From: Candidatus Fervidifonticultor quartus
Lineage (GTDB): Bacteria > Sysuimicrobiota > Sysuimicrobiia > Sysuimicrobiales > Humicultoraceae
Length of the DNA: 64,000 bases
NCBI GenBank assembly: GCA_031458775.1
Contig: JAVKJV010000004.1
Span: forward strand, 34,398-98,397
Direction of reading: 5' to 3'
Within the stretch, counting starts at the first letter, position 1. Each line of letters starts with the position of its first letter. Below are positions 62,696 through 64,000 of the stretch, one piece after another. The notes under the pieces are model-generated. The model searched no databases, was not told the DNA's origin, and worked only from the letters and a program-made list of their open reading frames with translations. The translations under genes and the position numbers were made by a program.

Positions 62696-63691
62696 ATGGC
62701 CGCATCGTCGCCAGCGCCCTCGCCGATGCGCGTCCTCGCCCTGCGGGGGCCTGAGATCGTCACCGATCCACCCGAGCCGCTGACCTCGCTGATCGCGCGC
62801 GACGACCAGGTGGTCTGGGTCGACCTGCCCAACCCAACGCTTGATGCGCTGGAGCGGATCGCGACGACCCTGCAGCTCCACCCGCTGGCGGTTGAAGATG
62901 CCCTGCGGCGCCGGCAGCGGCCGAAGGCCGAAGAGTACCAGCACTTCATCTTCATCACGACGCACGCGGCACGTTCGGCCGGCGAGCACGGCGAGGACGT
63001 CGTCCTCGACGAGATCGACATCTTCTACGGGGCCGGCTACGTCATCACCGCCCACGACGGCACGACCCCGGCGCTCGACGAGGTGCGCCGCCGGGTGGCC
63101 CAGGCGCCGCCCGAACTCCGCTGCTCGCGGGGCTACCTGCTCTACGTCATCCTGGACGTGGTGGTGGACTCGTACTTTCCGGTGCTCGACACCCTCGACG
63201 ACTACATCGAGGATCTCGAGGACGCGCTGTTCACCGACCCGGCCCGGCAGACGATGGACCGTTTGTTCTCGGCCAAGCGGACGCTCCTCAACCTCCGCCG
63301 CGTGGCCGCGCCGCAGAGAGACATGATGAACCTCATGATGCGACACGACACGCGACTGGTCGATGAGCCACTACGCGCCTACTTCCGGGACGTCTACGAC
63401 CACCTGCTGCGCATCACCGAGCAGATCGACACGCATCGCGACCTGCTCGCCGGCGCGCTCGACATCTACCTGAGCCTGATCAGCAATCGTCTCAACGAAG
63501 TCATGAAGGTCCTCACCATCATCACCGCGATCTTCGCGTCACTGGCGGTGCTGACGGGGTTCTACGGGATGAACTTCGAGCGGACATGGCCGCCGTTCGC
63601 CGCGTCGTGGGGCGTGCCGGCGGCCGTCGGGATCATGGCGACCAGCATCGCCGTCATGTTGCTGGTCTTCAGACGGCTCCGGTGGCTATGA
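62696..63691 (+). CDS. corA: magnesium/cobalt transporter CorA
   Basis: C-terminal TM pair with the signature YGMNFE (GMN motif). Confidence 0.8.
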   Translation: MAASSPAPSPMRVLALRGPEIVTDPPEPLTSLIARDDQVVWVDLPNPTLDALERIATTLQLHPLAVEDALRRRQRPKAEEYQHFIFITTHAARSAGEHGEDVVLDEIDIFYGAGYVITAHDGTTPALDEVRRRVAQAPPELRCSRGYLLYVILDVVVDSYFPVLDTLDDYIEDLEDALFTDPARQTMDRLFSAKRTLLNLRRVAAPQRDMMNLMMRHDTRLVDEPLRAYFRDVYDHLLRITEQIDTHRDLLAGALDIYLSLISNRLNEVMKVLTIITAIFASLAVLTGFYGMNFERTWPPFAASWGVPAAVGIMATSIAVMLLVFRRLRWL

Positions 63692-64000
63692 GCGACGCAG
63701 CGCTCCCGCGCTCCGGCGATCCCGGATTCGGGTATGTGACGCCGGACAACGTCGCGCTGCTTGTCGACCTGTACGAGCTCGCGATGGCCGACAGCTACTT
63801 CCGGCAGGGAATGAACGACCGCGCCACGTTCGCCCTCTTCGTGCGATCGCTGCCGGCGAATCGTACGTTTCTGGTCAGCGCCGGGCTCGACACCGCCCTG
63901 GCCTATCTCGAAACGCTGCGCTTCACCGACGATGCGATCCGCTACCTGGAGAGCCTCAAGCTGTTCAGCCCGGCATTCCTGGCCTACCTGCGGGAGTTCC
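63688..64000 (+). CDS. pncB: nicotinate phosphoribosyltransferase, N-terminal fragment (continues beyond window)
   Basis: …LLVDLYELAMADSYF…RATFALFVRSLP… is the NAPRTase N-terminal signature. The ATG overlaps the corA stop. Confidence 0.7.
   Translation, partial: MSDAALPRSGDPGFGYVTPDNVALLVDLYELAMADSYFRQGMNDRATFALFVRSLPANRTFLVSAGLDTALAYLETLRFTDDAIRYLESLKLFSPAFLAYLREF

Overview
High-GC (~70%) bacterial chromosomal segment. The gene content suggests a thermophilic Chloroflexi/Thermomicrobia- or actinobacterium-like organism, but that is inference only. Most conserved genes are on the minus strand.

Main content:
- The largest block is a complete 14-gene NADH:quinone oxidoreductase operon, nuoA–N, at 13.1–27.1 kb on the minus strand.
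- A minus-strand housekeeping run carries thrB–thrC–cysO-like–ligA–GerMN–hfq (7.4–1.0 kb).
- There are two paralogous Dpp/Opp-type peptide ABC loci (binding protein plus two permeases) with no ATPase gene in either. One is followed by a CN-hydrolase, an M24 peptidase and a cupin. The other is preceded by two tandem cupredoxin genes.
- A coenzyme F420 mini-cluster (fno–cofE) is followed by an uncharacterised Walker-A protein.
- A thiamine salvage operon (cytX–thiW–thiM–thiE–thiL–thiD) is preceded by a clear TPP riboswitch.
- Other genes include a double-length ThyX, cysteine desulfurase, a NUDIX/phosphoesterase pair, an SPFH protein, a fumarylacetoacetate-hydrolase-family protein, a GAF (fRMsr-like) protein, a DRG-like Obg GTPase, a SIMPL protein, two M16 peptidases, dinB, peroxiredoxin, corA, and partial methylmalonyl-CoA mutase and pncB genes at the window ends.

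No rRNA, tRNA, CRISPR, transposase or integrase was detected. Many long Arg/His/Pro-rich ORFs antisense to conserved genes are high-GC artefacts.

The most interesting items are: an Hfq with an open ~300-aa N-terminal extension; a CysO-like sulfur carrier wedged next to thrC; the ATPase-less peptide ABC loci, one coupled to Met- versus Gln-ligand cupredoxin paralogs; and the unknown P-loop protein in F420 context.
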